From: Candidatus Competibacteraceae bacterium
GTDB taxonomy: Bacteria > Pseudomonadota > Gammaproteobacteria > Competibacterales > Competibacteraceae
Reading direction: 5' to 3'
NCBI GenBank assembly: GCA_036834665.1
Contig: DAITNL010000001.1
Coordinates: 984 to 64,983 of the forward strand
Length of the DNA: 64,000 nucleotides
Every line of letters starts with the position of its first letter. Position 1 is the first letter of the stretch. This document shows, piece after piece, positions 18,769 to 28,246 of this stretch. A program made the translations under genes and the position numbers. The notes beneath the pieces were generated by a model that saw only the letters and a program-made list of their open reading frames with translations, did not search any database and was not told the origin of the DNA.

Positions 18769-20886
18769 TTACTCGCCGCTACGGCTGATCCAGACCGCAG
18801 CGCTGGCCGCCTGCCCAGTCTGATCGAGCACGGTGATCCGTACCAGTCCAGAGCCATCCGGCGACCAGAACGCCTCGCGCCGCCAAGCCTCGGCAGGCAG
18901 GGGCTGGCCATTGATCAGCCAGTGCAGCGGTCGCATGCCGCCGGTCGCGATCAGCGGCAGCTCGGCCAGGCGGCCCTCGTGTTCCGGCAGTTCCACCGTA
19001 GTGCCGTTGACCGGAAAGTTGAGCGCCAGCGGTGGCGCAGCAGTCGGCTGTTCGGTGCTTTGCTGACTGCGAAAATGGCGCAGGCGTTCTGGCAACTGCG
19101 CGCGATTGCTGACCTGCAGCACATTTTCCGGCGGCGCCGGTAGCGCGGTTTTCGCTTCCGGCAGCAGGTCGAAGACGCGAAACAGCAGCGGCGCGGCGGT
19201 ATTGCGGCCGTAGTGACCGGGACTCGGTGAGCCATCCGGGTGACCGACCCAGATGCCGACGGTGTAATCGACATCGAAGCCCAGCGTCCAGGCATCGCGA
19301 AAACCATAGGAGGTGCCGGTCTTGTGGGCGACAAAGCGTGGCCGGGCGGCACTGCCGGGCGGGGTGACGTTCTGCGGCACGGGTGCGCTGCGCAGGATGT
19401 CCTGCAGGTACCAGCAGGCGGTTGGGGTGAGCAGTTCGCGGCCGGGTGCGGTGAGATCGTCGGGCGACAGGCGCAGGGGCACGATCTGTCCACCGCTGGC
19501 GATACCGGCATACAGGGCCGTTAGTTCCGCCAGATTCATGCCCACCCCGCCGAGCACCAGCGGTAATCCCGGCTGCGGGTGAGCACTGCTCCAGTGCAGC
19601 GGCAGACCAACATCACGCAGCCGCGCAGCCAGTCGCGCCGGCCCGACCTGTTCCAGCACCGCTACCGCCGGGATATTCAGCGACTGCTGCAGCGCCTCGC
19701 GCACCGAGACCTGTCCGGCGTAGGTGTTGCGGAAGTTGCTCGGACTGTAATCGCCAAAGCGGGTCGGCACATCGTCGATCAGGGTATCCGGGTGAATCAG
19801 CAGATCATCAAAGCCCAGACCGTAAACCAGCGGCTTGAGCGTCGAGCCCGGCGAGCGAATTGCCTGCACCATGTCCACCTGCCCGGCGCGGCGCGCATCG
19901 AAGAAATCACTGGCTCCGACATAGGCCAACACCTGCCGGGTGGCGTTGGCCACGACCAGGATAGCGATGCTGCTGTGTGCGTCCAGATTGCTGTTTTGCT
20001 GGCGGGCCAGGGTTTCCAGGGTGCGTTGCAGGTCACGATCGATGAAGGTGTGCAGCAGGGTGGTCTGCGGTTGCGCCGCGCGCACCCGTTCGGCCAAATG
20101 CGGCGCCAGTGCCGGTAAGGGTTGGCGCTGGGTGGGAATGGCTTCCTGGCGGGCTTCCGCAAGCTGTTGGGCGCTGAGGATGCCAAGCTGTTCCATGCGC
20201 ACCAGCACCTTGTCGCGCGCAGCCCGGGCCCGTTCCGGGGCGCGATCCGGGCGCAGCCGCGAGGGTGCCTGCGGCAGCACCACCAGCAGGGCGGCCTCGG
20301 CGGCGGTCAGGCGGCGCGGCTCCTTGCCCAGCCAGGCCAGGGACGCGGCGCGTATCCCTTCCAGGTTGCCACCATAGGGCGCCAGGGTCAGGTAGAGGCT
20401 GAGAATCTCGTCTTTGCTGTAGCGCCACTCCAATTGCAGGGCGCGCAGCATTTCGCCGAGTTTGCCGGGCAGGTCGCGCGCGTGCGGTTCCAGCAGCCGG
20501 GCGGCCTGCATGGTCAGGGTCGAGGCGCCGGAAACCACCCGGCCATGGCGCAACCATTGCCCAAGGGCGCGCGCGGTGGCGAGTGGATCGATACCCGGAT
20601 GGCGGCCGAAGCGCTGGTCCTCGTAAGCCAGCAGCATGCGCAGATAGAGCGGGTCGACATCCTCGGGCTGTGCCGGCAGACGCCAGAAACCGGCATCGAC
20701 GGTGAAGCCGCGCAGAATGCGCTCCTGGCGATCCAGCACCAGCGGCGAAGTGCGCTGGGCCCGCGCCAGCGACGGTGGCGACAGCCGATCCAGCATCCAG
20801 ATGCTCATGCCGAGCATCAGCAGCAGCGCGCTATACAAGCCGATGCGCCAGCGGCGGGTGCGTACAGGGAATTGAAGCGTGTGCAT
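18769..20886 (-). CDS. pbpC: penicillin-binding protein 1C (bifunctional glycosyltransferase/transpeptidase)
   Basis: 705-aa ORF with GT51 motifs (EDQRF, GASTLTMQ), the transpeptidase SxxK (GSTLKP) and KTG (HKTGTS). Confidence 0.85.
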   Translation of the reverse strand: MHTLQFPVRTRRWRIGLYSALLLMLGMSIWMLDRLSPPSLARAQRTSPLVLDRQERILRGFTVDAGFWRLPAQPEDVDPLYLRMLLAYEDQRFGRHPGIDPLATARALGQWLRHGRVVSGASTLTMQAARLLEPHARDLPGKLGEMLRALQLEWRYSKDEILSLYLTLAPYGGNLEGIRAASLAWLGKEPRRLTAAEAALLVVLPQAPSRLRPDRAPERARAARDKVLVRMEQLGILSAQQLAEARQEAIPTQRQPLPALAPHLAERVRAAQPQTTLLHTFIDRDLQRTLETLARQQNSNLDAHSSIAILVVANATRQVLAYVGASDFFDARRAGQVDMVQAIRSPGSTLKPLVYGLGFDDLLIHPDTLIDDVPTRFGDYSPSNFRNTYAGQVSVREALQQSLNIPAVAVLEQVGPARLAARLRDVGLPLHWSSAHPQPGLPLVLGGVGMNLAELTALYAGIASGGQIVPLRLSPDDLTAPGRELLTPTACWYLQDILRSAPVPQNVTPPGSAARPRFVAHKTGTSYGFRDAWTLGFDVDYTVGIWVGHPDGSPSPGHYGRNTAAPLLFRVFDLLPEAKTALPAPPENVLQVSNRAQLPERLRHFRSQQSTEQPTAAPPLALNFPVNGTTVELPEHEGRLAELPLIATGGMRPLHWLINGQPLPAEAWRREAFWSPDGSGLVRITVLDQTGQAASAAVWISRSGE

Positions 20887-21126
20887 ACTGTGATTTTAGG
20901 GATTCTGTGGCCGAGTGGGGTGCTCGGCCAGATAATCAATTTTTCAGATGGGGAAAAGTTGAGGAACTCCTGCTGGACTGCGGATTCGTACTGGGCAGGC
21001 CGGATGCCGATCATGTTGCTGCCTGCCCGGTGGTCAGCATGTATACGACCGGCTGACGCCTGCGCTGCATCCAGTCCGATCCCCGATATCCATCAGGTCA
21101 TGCCACCCTTGCGCAGGAATACACCG

Positions 21127-21792
21127 ATGATGAGAGCAATATGGGTCGCCGCCACGCTGGTCAGTGCCGTGGCATTCGCGCAGACCGATCAAGCCCCATC
21201 CGATCCTGGTACCCGCGATGCGGCACGTGACGCGCGCAGACAGGAGTGCCGCCGCCAGGCGCGTCAGGCTGGTGATCCCGATGAGCGCCGGCACATCATC
21301 CGTCAGTGTCGGCAGGAACTGCTCGGTGAGGGCGAGAGCGCCGGGCGCGCTGCATATGCTGCCCCGGTTGCGCCCCAGCAGGATGGAATGGACGTGACCG
21401 CAGGCAGGATTGCGCCCCCGGCATCTCCCGTTGCGTCTCCGACAGACTCGGCAGGCACTGCCTACGTCCCGACCATGCCCGGACCGGCCCCCAGCGTTGC
21501 CGATGACGCCAGCGGCATGCAAGGCCCGGGTGGCGGTTATGCCGGCGCGCAGCAATATGACAATGGCACCGACGAAAACCAGGGTGCCAACTATATTCCC
21601 GGTTATGGCTATGGTCCGGGCTATGGTCCCCGCTACAGTCCAGGCGTGTTACCACCGGTTGGCGGTGGCGGCGGGCGCGGCCAGCGGCTGGATCGGCTGG
21701 AACAGCGCCTGGACGAGATTGAAGCATTACTGCGTCAAGTATTGGCCAACCAGCAGCGGCTGCTTGGACCGGACGCCGCACCGACACCCTAG
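21127..21792 (+). CDS. secreted low-complexity (Gly/Pro/Tyr-rich) hypothetical protein
   Basis: Only the 3' third of the 556-aa ORF 20122..21792 is plausible. ATG at 21127 gives the signal peptide MMRAIWVAATLVSAVAFAQ. GYGYGPGYGPRY repeats and a C-terminal helical LDRLEQRLDEIEALLRQVL. The upstream part is antisense to pbpC. Confidence 0.45.
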   Translation: MMRAIWVAATLVSAVAFAQTDQAPSDPGTRDAARDARRQECRRQARQAGDPDERRHIIRQCRQELLGEGESAGRAAYAAPVAPQQDGMDVTAGRIAPPASPVASPTDSAGTAYVPTMPGPAPSVADDASGMQGPGGGYAGAQQYDNGTDENQGANYIPGYGYGPGYGPRYSPGVLPPVGGGGGRGQRLDRLEQRLDEIEALLRQVLANQQRLLGPDAAPTP

Positions 21793-22682
21793 AGCGTCAG
21801 CCGTGCCAGCAGACCCTTGAGCACCGCTGCGCAGTCAGCATCGATTTTCAGCGTTAACAGGGCATCGGCGCGGGTGTGGCCGTGATTGATCGCCACGATT
21901 GCCTGCTGGCGTTCGGCGGCCTGCCGGCAGAAGCGGTAGCCAGAGAACACCATCAGCGAGGAGCCGATGACCAGCAGCGCATCCGCCTCGGCCAGGCGCT
22001 GGCTGGCCCGCTCCACCCGCGCTTTGGGCACCGTCTCACCGAAAAACACCACCGCCGGTTTGAGCAGCCCGCCGCAGCGCGGGCAACCGGGTACACGAAA
22101 CGCGCCAAAATCCGCCTGTTCCAGATCGGCGTCGCCGTCCGGCCCGAGTGTCGCGACCTGCGCCACAAAGGCCGGATTGTTCTGTTCCAGCGCGGCCTGG
22201 AAGGTGGCGCGTGCCTGCCGGTGACCGCAGGCAAGGCAATCGACCGCGTCCAGGCGTCCGTGCAGATCGATGACGCGCCGGCTACCGGCCTGCTGGTGCA
22301 AACCGTCAACATTCTGCGTGACCAGTTGGTGGATGAAGCCGGCGGTTTCCAGCCGTGCTAGGGCAATATGGACGGCGTTGGGCCGGGCGCGGGCAAAGGC
22401 CGGCCAGCCGAGCAGACTGCGCGCCCAATAGCGCTGGCGGGCATACTCGCCGCCGATGAAGGCCTGGTAGGTGATCGGCGGCTGGCGTTTCCAGTTGCCA
22501 TTGCGGTCGCGGTAATCGGGAATGCCCGATGTGGTACTGCAGCCAGCACCGGTCAGGACGAACAGCCGGCGCTGGCGGGTGACGAAAGCGGCCAGTCGCG
22601 CCAGGGCATCGTCAAAATCAGTCGCCGCATTCACCCGTGATGTACCTTGCCGGTTCCGCTGTTTAGACTTCGGCGCGGCCAC
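21789..22682 (-). CDS. cobB: NAD-dependent protein deacylase, Sir2 family
   Basis: [21 protein letters not shown], and a Zn ribbon of CxxC...CPRC. Confidence 0.85.
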   Translation of the reverse strand: MAAPKSKQRNRQGTSRVNAATDFDDALARLAAFVTRQRRLFVLTGAGCSTTSGIPDYRDRNGNWKRQPPITYQAFIGGEYARQRYWARSLLGWPAFARARPNAVHIALARLETAGFIHQLVTQNVDGLHQQAGSRRVIDLHGRLDAVDCLACGHRQARATFQAALEQNNPAFVAQVATLGPDGDADLEQADFGAFRVPGCPRCGGLLKPAVVFFGETVPKARVERASQRLAEADALLVIGSSLMVFSGYRFCRQAAERQQAIVAINHGHTRADALLTLKIDADCAAVLKGLLARLTL

Positions 22683-25116
22683 CGGCGCTAAGTGCGACCA
22701 GCCCGGTCAGGTTCAGGTCACCGACCAGCACGCCGGACAAAGCGCCTTCGGCATCGCGCAGCGGCACGGCAACGGTGGCGCAGAATTCGCCACTGGCACT
22801 GGACAGGTACAGGTTGGATACATAGGGCGTGCCGCGATGCGCGACCAGTTGAAAATAGGGCTGGATAGCGCGCTCCACGCCCATACCGCCGCTCTTGATC
22901 CGTCCCCACATGCCAGGATGCACCCAGTTGGGATAGCGCTGCACGCCCTGGGCGTCCAGTTCGTAGATCAGTTCGAAGAACGGGTAGCGTTTAAAGACGG
23001 CGTCCAGGTCGTGGATGCTGCTGCCGCGTGGCTGCGTGGCGACATGCAGCAGGGCGCGAATGGCGCGGTCTTCCCAAGGCCGTTCCCGGACTTCGGACGC
23101 GGTTGCGGTCAGGAAACGCGGTGGGTCGTCGTCAATGGCAATGATGCTGCCCAGTTGCGCCTTGGCCAGCTTCTTGAGCTGAGCGACGCGCTCGCTGGCG
23201 GCGAGGCTGTCGGCGATCTGGCCGCGGTGACCATCGATGATCACCACCGAGATCGAGGCGGTCGGGTGCGGGCTGCCATCCTCGGTGGTGAAGTAGCCGC
23301 GGCGCAGGTCGTCACTGTCGTACAAATAGGCGGCCAGCGCGCGGAAGGACACCAGCATGTGCTGCAGCACCGTCGGCAGGTCGTGGCTGTCACGCGGTAC
23401 TACGGCAATGAAGTCGTCGCCGCCGATATGGCCGAGGTAGGTTTCCGGCATGCCGCGGAAGGCCTGGCGCAGCACTTCGGCCAGCAGCATGATCATGGCG
23501 TCGCCACGCACGAAGCCGTAGCGATCGTTGAAGGCCTTGAAGCGATCCAGGTCGATATAGACCAGCGACAGTTCCTTCTGGGCACGCAGTTGCAGGTCGA
23601 GGGTGTCACGCAGCACCGGGCCGGTGGGCAGGTGTGACAGGGGATGCACGCTCTCGCGTGACTGGCCGGACAGCAACTGATCAAGCACCGTCCACGGCTC
23701 CAGCACGCCCAGATAGGTGCCGTTGGCATCCACCACCACCCAGGGCTGCGCCGGCTCGGGATCGTGGTACAGACGAAAAGCCAGGGCGCGGGCCGACAGG
23801 TGTTCGGGCAGCAGTTTGTTCAGCGGCCGGCAGCGGCGTCCGAGGCCAAAACTGCGTTGCTGCTGGACGCGGGCGCCGTTGCGAGTCAGGTAGCCAATGG
23901 GTTTGCTGTCGTCCAGCACGATCAGCAGCGGCTGGTCGGGATACTGCTGGAAATGCTCGCGGGCCTGCTCCAGACCGGCCTCCAGCGGCAGCGAGGGCGC
24001 CGGCTCGACAAAATCGCGCAGTCGTACCGTGTGCCGGGCCGGACGCGGAATTTCCTGGCGCGGCGGCAGTGGTGGTGGTGTCACCGGTTCGGGCGCTGGC
24101 GCGGCAAAATAGTAGCCTTGGGCAAAATGCACGCCCAGATCACGGCAGACCACGACATCTTCGAAGCGCTCCAGGCCCTCGGCAATAATTGCACAGCCGA
24201 GGCGTTGCGCCATGGAGATCAGCGCCTGCAGCAGCACCAGGCGCACCTGACTGCCCTGCACGCCCTGTACCAGACCGCGATCGAGTTTAAGAAAATCCGG
24301 GCGCAGCGTCGCCAGCACATTCAGGCTGTTATAGCCGCTGCCGACATCATCAAGCGCGATGCGAAAACCCTGGCTGCGCAGATGATCGACCACCTCGACC
24401 AGGGCATCGATATCGGCGCAGCGCTCACTTTCGACGATTTCAAAAACCAGTTCCTCCGGGCGAATGCCCAAGGCTGCCAGGCTGGCCCAGGGATCGCGGC
24501 GCAGGTCGAGCGCCAGCAGACTGTCCGGGAGGATGTTGATAAAGAGCGGTATATGCCGGGGAAATAGCGTCCGGGTCTTGAGGGCGCTGAACTGGCAGGC
24601 CAGGTCGAGCGCTTCCAGTCGGCTGGCGCGCCGCGCCAGTTCAAACATGCGCTGACCGCTGAGCAGGGCGCCCTCGGGCGTCAGGCCGCGACACAAGGCT
24701 TCATAGGCGAACAGTTGCCCGCCGCGGGCCAGATCGACGATCGGTTGCAGGTAGCTGCGCACATGCAGGCTCAGGTTGCCCATCAGCCAGGGATAGCGGC
24801 GGCGGGCCAGCAGCACCGGCAGGTTTTGCGCGGTGGCAAGGAGACCAAACGACAGCGCTTCGGTGGCGGCATCGGCAGTATCGGCAGCCGAGATGCAGGC
24901 GAAGGTGTCGTTCTGGGCCATAGGGGGCAGACTGGCAGCCAGGCGCTCCAGCAGTTCCAGCAGGTCGGCTTCGCTGGCGACATCAAAACGCCACATCCCC
25001 GGTACCTGCATGCACCCGCCCCAGTGCGCCCAATCCTGGGGCGTAGTATCACCGCAGCGCACAAAGAGTGCGAGCGTCTGCGAACTGGGTGGGGCAATTG
25101 TGGCTTGTATGGTCAT
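22663..25116 (-). CDS. EAL / CBS-pair / GGDEF-like (GGDDF) / C-terminal PAS- or Cache-like signalling protein
   Basis: 817-aa ORF. EAL domain (YLQPIVDL...FAYEALCRG...DDVGSGYNSL). A CBS-like region. A GGDEF fold (IDLDRFKAFNDRYGFVRGD...HIGGDDFIAVV). A C-terminal ligand-binding-like fold. Confidence 0.85.
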   Translation of the reverse strand: MTIQATIAPPSSQTLALFVRCGDTTPQDWAHWGGCMQVPGMWRFDVASEADLLELLERLAASLPPMAQNDTFACISAADTADAATEALSFGLLATAQNLPVLLARRRYPWLMGNLSLHVRSYLQPIVDLARGGQLFAYEALCRGLTPEGALLSGQRMFELARRASRLEALDLACQFSALKTRTLFPRHIPLFINILPDSLLALDLRRDPWASLAALGIRPEELVFEIVESERCADIDALVEVVDHLRSQGFRIALDDVGSGYNSLNVLATLRPDFLKLDRGLVQGVQGSQVRLVLLQALISMAQRLGCAIIAEGLERFEDVVVCRDLGVHFAQGYYFAAPAPEPVTPPPLPPRQEIPRPARHTVRLRDFVEPAPSLPLEAGLEQAREHFQQYPDQPLLIVLDDSKPIGYLTRNGARVQQQRSFGLGRRCRPLNKLLPEHLSARALAFRLYHDPEPAQPWVVVDANGTYLGVLEPWTVLDQLLSGQSRESVHPLSHLPTGPVLRDTLDLQLRAQKELSLVYIDLDRFKAFNDRYGFVRGDAMIMLLAEVLRQAFRGMPETYLGHIGGDDFIAVVPRDSHDLPTVLQHMLVSFRALAAYLYDSDDLRRGYFTTEDGSPHPTASISVVIIDGHRGQIADSLAASERVAQLKKLAKAQLGSIIAIDDDPPRFLTATASEVRERPWEDRAIRALLHVATQPRGSSIHDLDAVFKRYPFFELIYELDAQGVQRYPNWVHPGMWGRIKSGGMGVERAIQPYFQLVAHRGTPYVSNLYLSSASGEFCATVAVPLRDAEGALSGVLVGDLNLTGLVALSAGGRAEV

Positions 25117-25337
25117 CGGCGCGGCTCATTCAGAAACGTCTGTCAAGGTATAGCAAAATGTGTTCCGGTTCCCGCGGCGCCGGGCCGCGTCTGGTGATCA
25201 GTATACGCAACGGCTGTATTGACGGGGTCCACAGCTGCGATCTTTGACCAAGAATTCACGCAGTCATTACCAAACAGTCATGAAGATACGGCACAGTGCG
25301 GTGACCTTGATCGTTCACGCCGCCGCGAGGCCGATTC

Positions 25338-26147
25338 ATGCCGCCCAATTACTTTCGTTCCGCCTGGGTTTCCGATGTTCATCTTGGGTTCAAGGACTGC
25401 AAAGCCGAGTTTCTGCTGGATTTTTTGCGACATCTCGATTGTGAGCAGTTATATCTGGTAGGGGATTTCATCGATTTCTGGTCCCTGCACAAGGGCGGAC
25501 GCTGGCCCTCCGGGCACGGTCGTGTGCTCAATGCGGTGCTGGCGCTGGCCGAGCGTGGGGTGCGGGTCGTGTACATTCCCGGTAACCATGATGAGGTCGT
25601 CCGCGATTATCTGGCGCTGCGGGTTGGCGGTATCGAGATCATGCCTGAGTGCGAGCACCGTACCGCCGATGGCCGGCGCTTTCTGGTCACGCATGGTGAT
25701 GAGTTTGATCATACGGTCAAGTGCGGTGGCTGGCTGGCCGATTGGTTCGGGGACTGGATATACGATGTACTGCTGTTTGCCAACCGCTGGACCAATCGCA
25801 TACGGCGCCGGTTCAATTATCCCTATTGGTCGCTGGCCAATACCCTTAAGCGACGCATCAGTCGGGCCGCCGCCTACATCGCCCGTTATGAAGCCGCCGC
25901 CGTGCATGCCGCCCGGCACCGGGGCTTTGACGGGGTGATCTGCGGCCACATTCACAAGGCGGAATTAACCCAGCTTGACGGCATCTGGTATGCGAACGAT
26001 GGCGACTGGGTTGAGAGCTGTACCGCGCTGGTCGAGCACGGTGACGGACGACTGGAACTGTTGCACTGGGCTGGAGAAAGGGCGCGGCATCCGGTTCCGG
26101 CCCCAGTCGTCACCCCAACCGCGCAGCCGGAAGCGGTCTCAGGATAA
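25338..26147 (+). CDS. LpxH-like metallophosphoesterase, PlcP-like candidate phospholipase C
   Basis: WVSDVHLGFKDCKAEFLLDFLRHLDCEQLYLVGDFIDFW...VVYIPGNHDE...THGDEFD...GHIH are calcineurin-like phosphoesterase motifs. It resembles (from memory) the PlcP/SMc00171 subfamily rather than classical LpxH. Confidence 0.65.
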   Translation: MPPNYFRSAWVSDVHLGFKDCKAEFLLDFLRHLDCEQLYLVGDFIDFWSLHKGGRWPSGHGRVLNAVLALAERGVRVVYIPGNHDEVVRDYLALRVGGIEIMPECEHRTADGRRFLVTHGDEFDHTVKCGGWLADWFGDWIYDVLLFANRWTNRIRRRFNYPYWSLANTLKRRISRAAAYIARYEAAAVHAARHRGFDGVICGHIHKAELTQLDGIWYANDGDWVESCTALVEHGDGRLELLHWAGERARHPVPAPVVTPTAQPEAVSG

Positions 26148-26204
26148 CGGTGAAGGAACATACCCGCCGGTGACATGGCGGGTGATGCAGGGACGGCTGT
26201 GCTG

Positions 26205-26840
26205 CTAGCGGTGCACGATCGGTCTGGGCGTGCCGATGAAGTGCAGATAGCGCCAGACGCCGCCATAGGCGCGACGTACAGCACTGTCCAGGGGCTGAAA
26301 GTGGGCCTGGAGTTCCGGCAGCAGTTGCCCTTCCATGCGCACATGATTGACCGCCATCCAGCGCCGGAACGCCGGCCAGCGGGTATCGTGGAAATCAACC
26401 ACGGCGATCAGACCATCCGCCATCAAATCCTGACGGGCGCTGTGGATCACCTGCGCCCAGCCCGGGTTGATCATGCTCAGGCAATAGGACAGCACGATCA
26501 GATCGAAACCGGGCGCGGGGGTGAGCGGCTGGCTGTAGGTCTGCTGGCGCAGGATCACCCGCGACTGATGATGGCGCAGATGGGTCCGGGCACGCGCCAG
26601 CATGTCGGCCGACAGATCCAGACCGGTCAGTTGCGCTGTCGGAAAGCATTCGGCCAACCGCGCCAGATTGCGCCCGGTCCCACAGCCGATTTCCAGAATG
26701 TGTTGCGGGCTGCGTAAAGCCGCGATCCGCGCGTGCAGATCGCTGCGCCCGAACAGAAAGCTCCAGCGGGTGGCATCGTAAAGACGGGCGTGGAGGCGAT
26801 AGTAGCGCGCCAGTGCCTGTTCAGTAGCAGCAGCACTCAT
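26205..26840 (-). CDS. btaB: class I SAM-dependent methyltransferase, BtaB-like
   Basis: YDATRWSFLFGR...ILEIGCGTGRNL. 4-bp overlap with the upstream DUF3419 gene, matching the operon structure of btaAB. Confidence 0.65.
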   Translation of the reverse strand: MSAAATEQALARYYRLHARLYDATRWSFLFGRSDLHARIAALRSPQHILEIGCGTGRNLARLAECFPTAQLTGLDLSADMLARARTHLRHHQSRVILRQQTYSQPLTPAPGFDLIVLSYCLSMINPGWAQVIHSARQDLMADGLIAVVDFHDTRWPAFRRWMAVNHVRMEGQLLPELQAHFQPLDSAVRRAYGGVWRYLHFIGTPRPIVHR

Positions 26841-28204
26841 CGTACCTCCGCCAGGTGCATGCTGCCGTAGGTGCCGACCCGATCAAGCGGGTGCAGGGCT
26901 GCGGTATGTTCCGGGAAGAAGCGCACCGCCGATAGCACCCACTCCGGCAGGAAATTCAGCGCCGGGCTGGCCGAACGTAGCAGGATACGGCTGCCCGGGC
27001 GGCTGTTGGCTAGGATCAGTTCCCATTCCTCGCGCAGCGCATCGGGCTGGTGCCAGGCCAGCCAATCCTGATGATCGAGCAGTACGAAGTGGCTGTAAGC
27101 GCCGGGGTTCTGCTGGAGAAACCGACTGACCGTGGCGTTATGGGTATGCACGCGCCCGGCATTGGCGCGCAAGCGCGCGAAGTTTTCCGGCTTGAGGTAG
27201 TTCGGGCTGCAGTCCGAGGTATAGGCGCCAGTCAGATAAACCCGCCAGAAATAGTTGTCGTGGATCAGCACTTCGGTCAGGACATGGCGCAGTTTGGCGC
27301 TCACATAGCCCACCAGACCACCAGGATACTGGGTGCTGATCAGGTGAATCTGCGGCCGTGGCACGCCCAGCATGGCCATGGTCATCGGCTGGCGCACCAG
27401 CCAGGAGGTAAAGCGCCCCCACAAGGCCGGTTCGATAGCGGCGTAGATCGTGCGCTGCTCATCCAGGGTCTGGGCATCGAGCAGGTCGAACAGGCGCGCG
27501 CGCAGCTGGCGGTCGGCGCTGAGCAGGTAACGGCTGAGAATCCAGGCAATGGCACCCGATGTGCCATAGTAGTAAAACGAGCGCTTGCGGCTGTCGCCGT
27601 CGAAATAGACGATTTTCTGGTCCCAGAAGGCGCGCGCATAGTCCGGCAGCCGTGCGCGCAGCGCCGCGTACAGACTGCGAAAGTCTGGATGCGCGCCCTG
27701 GCCGAACATGCGAAACAAGTCAGCGAAATCACCGCGTTCGATCAGCGCCAGTTTCAGATGCAGCAGCGCGTTCTGGCGCGGGTTGACATCGACGGCATGG
27801 ATCGCGGCCGGCGAATCGAGCAGATAATCCAGGGTATTGCAGCCAGCGCTGGTCAGCACCACGACCTGGCTGGCCGCGTCCAGGTTAAGAATCTGCCGGT
27901 CGATGCGTGGATCCTCCCAGCAGACGTTATAAATGAGGCAGCGGTTGTGCACTGCCTTGAAGACCCAGTCATGCGCACCATTAACCAGCTTTTTACCGAT
28001 ATTCTTCACCATGCCGCCGTCCAGAAAGGAGAATTCAGGAAAAGAGTTCTGCCTGCTATGGTTGGCGGCAGGCATGACAGATGCGTGGCGCGGCGATGAC
28101 GGTTCGTCGACGGGAGCACGCAAAGCGCGGGACGCGCGGCCATAGCCGGCAGGCATGGTACACTGCGTGGGCTTATTCCAAAGCGTCTTGCCCTGATCCT
28201 TCAC
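26837..28204 (-). CDS. btaA: DUF3419 / BtaA-like S-adenosylmethionine:diacylglycerol 3-amino-3-carboxypropyl transferase
   Basis: NVCWEDPRIDRQILNLDAASQVVVLTSAGCNTLDYLL...VDVNPRQNALLHLKLALI is the DUF3419 signature. The true start is probably internal (ATG at 28012, MVKNIGKK, or 28075), because the maximal ORF leaves only 42 bp to divergent rsmG. Confidence 0.7.
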   Translation of the reverse strand: MKDQGKTLWNKPTQCTMPAGYGRASRALRAPVDEPSSPRHASVMPAANHSRQNSFPEFSFLDGGMVKNIGKKLVNGAHDWVFKAVHNRCLIYNVCWEDPRIDRQILNLDAASQVVVLTSAGCNTLDYLLDSPAAIHAVDVNPRQNALLHLKLALIERGDFADLFRMFGQGAHPDFRSLYAALRARLPDYARAFWDQKIVYFDGDSRKRSFYYYGTSGAIAWILSRYLLSADRQLRARLFDLLDAQTLDEQRTIYAAIEPALWGRFTSWLVRQPMTMAMLGVPRPQIHLISTQYPGGLVGYVSAKLRHVLTEVLIHDNYFWRVYLTGAYTSDCSPNYLKPENFARLRANAGRVHTHNATVSRFLQQNPGAYSHFVLLDHQDWLAWHQPDALREEWELILANSRPGSRILLRSASPALNFLPEWVLSAVRFFPEHTAALHPLDRVGTYGSMHLAEVR

Positions 28205-28246
28205 TCATGGCTTTTAGAACCCGGTTGCGGCCTGCGTCCCGGGACA

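Noticed and set aside
20122-21126. 5' two-thirds of the 556-aa + ORF
   Set aside because: It is antisense to pbpC and lacks protein-like sequence. Only the part from the ATG at 21127, which has a signal peptide, was kept, and with modest confidence.
21789-22682. Sir2-family gene as a possible defence effector (Thoeris/DSR-like)
   Set aside because: Its size, intact Zn-ribbon and catalytic motifs fit a housekeeping CobB/SIRT4-like deacylase. It has no fused sensor domain or partner gene and host-like GC.
25261-25281. Pho-box-like direct repeat CAGTCAT-N7-CAGTCAT upstream of the PlcP-like gene
   Set aside because: It was not called as a Pho box because canonical PhoB sites have 7-bp repeats at 11-bp periodicity, whereas here the period is 14 bp. 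It is kept only as a comment in the lipid-remodelling finding.
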